DNA of 63,927 bases, the filler included, from Folioceros fuciformis (Eukaryota), in the NCBI GenBank assembly GCA_049999805.1. It is 10 parts of 10 records of this genome, joined end to end, with 100 filler letters (N's around TTAATTAATTAA, not from the genome) between each part and the next. Parts side by side here need not be neighbours in the genome. Positions count along the whole stretch, not along the records: positions 60,804 to 62,173 come from JBNGIO010003331.1; positions 62,274 to 63,927 come from JBNGIO010003346.1; 8 more parts are not named here. One strand, 5' to 3'. The notes beneath the pieces are model-generated. The model saw nothing but the letters and a program-made list of their open reading frames with translations, did not search any database and was not told the DNA's origin. Of the stretch, positions 60,704 to 63,927 are shown piece by piece; the first letter of the stretch is position 1, and each line of letters starts with the position of its first letter. The position numbers were made by a program, and so were the translations under genes.

Positions 60704-60849
60704 NNNNNNNNNNNNNNNNNNNNNNNNNNNNNNNNNNNNNNNNNNNNTTAATTAATTAANNNNNNNNNNNNNNNNNNNNNNNNNNNNNNNNNNNNNNNNN
60801 NNNCGTGAGCGTAATCGCTTAGACCAGATCAGGAATCAAAAAGATTCCT

Positions 60850-61036
60850 GCTCTGATACCATGACAAGTCTAAGATCACGCGAGGGGCACGAGTAGGTGA
60901 AAGCTGATAGCATTGTATTGAATGTCTTACACGGTCGGTGTCACATGCACGCGACAAACGGTTATTAACCGTCAGCTAAACCTAACCTAGGACCTGTACT
61001 CTAACCTATAGTTAGTTAGATATATACTTACTATCA
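60850..61036 (-). mobile_element. ~175-bp 5' LTR plus perfect tRNA-iMet PBS, nested into a copia RT
   Basis: Minus strand TGATAG...TTGTCA|TGGTATCAGAGC (60861-60850). It interrupts YGLKQAPR. Confidence 0.85.
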
Positions 61037-62173
61037 CCCTGGGTGCCTGCTTCAAACCATAAAGGCTCTTCTTTAACCTGCACACCAGACTCTCTTTGCC
61101 CTTCTCAATGAAACCCTCTAGTTGCTGCATGTATACCTCTTCCTGGAGATCACCATGCAAAAATGCCGACTTCACATCCATCTGGACAAGTTCCATGTTG
61201 TGCCTCGCAACCAGACCAAGAACACATCGCAAGGTTGTCATTTTGACAACTGGTGAGAAAATCTCATCAAAGTCAATACCTTGCTGTTGCTTAAAACCCT
61301 TGGCAACCAATCGTGCCTTGTACTTGGGTTTGCCATAATGGGGTATGTCCTTCATCTTATACACCCATTTGCATGGCAATGCCTTCTTGCCCCTAAGCAA
61401 CCGAACCAACTCCCAAGTTTGGTTCTTATGGAGCGAATCCATCTCCGACTGCATCGTCTTCTCCCACTTGTCCTTGTCAGTCATTGACATGGTCTCTTGG
61501 TAACAAGAGGGCTCCCCACAATCCGTCAACATGACATAATCAAGACATGCAACATACCTGTCAGGAGGACGTGAAATCCTTCCTAACCTACGAAGCACTG
61601 GCGCCTCGACCGGAGCTGGTTGCACTCTCTCATCTTGTACAAGTGGAGGAACTTGTTCCTGCACATCATGACGTTCAACCTGCGCGGGACGGTCAAATCC
61701 ATCTTCTTGAAAGTCCACCCGTCGCACCTCCATAGTTGGAGTAGGCTTCTTGTGCATCTTGGTCTCATTGAAGAACACGTCATTGCTGCGAACCATCCTC
61801 TTGGCCTCTGGATCCCACAGACGGTATCCCATCTCACCAGATTCACCATAGCCAAGAAAAATACATTTCTTGGACTTGGGTGTTAACTTGTCTCGAAACT
61901 CTTTTGGAACATGATAGTACGCCTCGCAGCCAAACACTTGTAGATGCTTGTATGACGGCTTCTTTTCAGACCACATCTCCTCTAGAACCTGTTCATCCAC
62001 AGCCCTATTAGGAGATCTATCAATAAGATGCACCGCAGTAACCACTACTTCTGCCCAAAATCCGTTACGCAATCCAGAGTTTGACAACAAACTACGCATC
62101 CTCTCCTGGATGGTCCTGTTCATCCATTCAGCCACACCATTATGGGGAGGAGTATACGGCGCAGTCAATTCTC
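61037..62173 (-). mobile_element. Second copy of the same Tnt1-like copia family (IN-RT)
   Basis: Closely similar to ~57870-59000 at DNA and protein level. Confidence 0.95.
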
Positions 62174-63614
62174 NNNNNNNNNNNNNNNNNNNNNNNNNNN
62201 NNNNNNNNNNNNNNNNNTTAATTAATTAANNNNNNNNNNNNNNNNNNNNNNNNNNNNNNNNNNNNNNNNNNNNACTAGAGCATCCTGGGCATAAGCCTTG
62301 ATGCTGAAGTGCTTGATGATGCCATGTACATGGCCCATGGATGGCCTGCACATGACATGTATGCCTGGGTGTGTGCCATGTATGCATGTGTGCATGTGAA
62401 GATGAAGGATGACATGTGGATGCATGTGACATGTCTAGAGGGAGGATGTATGTGTCATGGTGGATGTGAACCATGTGTGTTGGATGCATGTGAGGAGTAG
62501 CGCCATGGCATATATGAACCATTGTGGAGATATCCCAAAACAAATATGAAAACGATAAAATAAGAATAGGACGAAGTAGGCTATTTAGTTGGTTATTATT
62601 TGGTAATAGACCAAAGGCCAAGGAGAAGTAGGGTTATAAAGTGCCTACCATCGATGCGAGGAGGTACTTCATCGAGAGTTCTTGGGGATTTTGCCTATAT
62701 ATGTGGGCTACCCAGCCATGGATTCTTGTCTCCTGGAAGTTCTTGTGGTCTATTGCATTGCCAGGTTGGGAGAATTTTCCATCTTGATTTTACCTGTTCG
62801 CGGCCCTGGGCTTGCCCCTCTTAGGCAGACCCAACCCTTCTTGTAGCCTTGCTCTTGGTCATAAGCCAAGGACAATTTGTGGCTAGGTTATTGATCATGG
62901 GCCATAGGCCAAGGATATTGCAGGCAGGCTGGTGCTTAGATACTCAGCTTTGTGGACAGGCTAGGTAGTCATGCAGCTATGCGGCTGCTACGCGACAAGG
63001 CCAACCTAGACACCTACGCCCTAGGCCAACTTTCGCACAGAAGCAAACAAATATAATTTTTGCTCAATGGATGGTACGAACCCCTCCGACTACCTAGATA
63101 ACCGTTGCATCCCATGTACAGATCCCATCATTGGCGTCTTTGGAGGTCATATCTATTACCATCTCTACCTTGGGCCCCTATGCATAACATATATTTGCTA
63201 TGGGCAATGGGACCGAAGACCACGAAAGTGTGTTGGATTTCCCAGTGAGGCTGTCATGGGCAGTGTGCCCCGTGCCTACGTCCGCTTAACCACGTGTTCT
63301 TTAATCCTAGATTAATCTAACTCAATTGGTTAGCATCCCTCGAGTTAGCTAAACATGGCTAACTACAATGACCTAACTCCAATAGACTTGACCTTACGCG
63401 CGCCCTAACTTGCTCCTCACCTCCCTCAATTATGGAGTCCATCTAGCAGCTGATGAGGTAGCTAGCCCTCGTTGAGTGTCTAATCATGGTTCTCACCGTG
63501 GCAATATTGCCCACTGTATCTATCACGGCTTTCGATCTCCAAAATTCTATAATGTCTTCACGTTCATGTTCCGCTCTAGGAGGGAGATTGATTGTTCACA
63601 AAACCAATGCATTA

Positions 63615-63927
63615 TTGTGGTGGCAAAACCCCGAGAAATTGTTTGCCAAAGAGATCGACCTTTAGTGTCCACACTCATCACACTATCGTTGAGAGATTGG
63701 GTTTCGCTCCCATGAAGGAACGATGCGGTTCCTCGCTGCTATGGATGGAGGGTCAGACTTAATCAACTCGATGATGGATTCAAGGGCTCCCTGTGGAGGC
63801 AAAACCCCGGGCACTGATTGCCGATGGGTTCCACCTTTAGTGGCCACACTTATCCCACTGTCGTTGAGACATTGGGTTTTGTTCCCACGAAGGAGCGATG
63901 GGGTTCCTTGCTGCTGTGGATGGAGGG
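63615..63927 (+). repeat. Two adjacent copies of a TGTGG(T/A)GGCAAAACCCC... dispersed repeat
   Basis: Units start at ~63616 and 63792. The same sequence is at 31070-31132 and 25380-25537 (minus), and in diverged form at 27002. Confidence 0.85.

Noticed and set aside
62274-62621. His/Met-rich ORFs
   Set aside because: Produced by CATG/TG-rich low-complexity noncoding sequence.

Overview
Eukaryotic nuclear DNA from a land plant. The compact genes, short GT-AG introns and plant-specific genes suggest a seed-free lineage such as a hornwort or lycophyte (inference). The window is not contiguous: ten contigs are joined by nine identical artificial 100-bp spacers (44 N + TTAATTAATTAA + 44 N). Contigs 1-2 (1-20187) are gene-dense: an unknown repeat-containing ORF, annexin, PAB (chloroplast ATPase biogenesis), ASCC2/CUE, MED31, a bacterial-type glycerophosphodiester phosphodiesterase, a large TPR protein and the last exon of phosphoribosylanthranilate isomerase. 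Contig 7 holds a GIR1-like EAR/zinc-ribbon repressor. The rest is mostly nested, decayed retroelements (Ty1/copia, a Ty3/gypsy gag-protease, an L1 LINE with a 15-bp TSD, solo-LTR-like inserts) and minisatellites. The standout is contig 6 (about 34020-38930): an intron-containing, now disrupted gene that joins a PrimPol-type AEP primase, a Cys/His zinc-binding segment and a UL9/origin-binding-protein-like SF2 helicase. It sits just downstream of a duplicated AT-centred palindrome and looks like the replication module of a giant-virus-derived or self-replicating mobile element.
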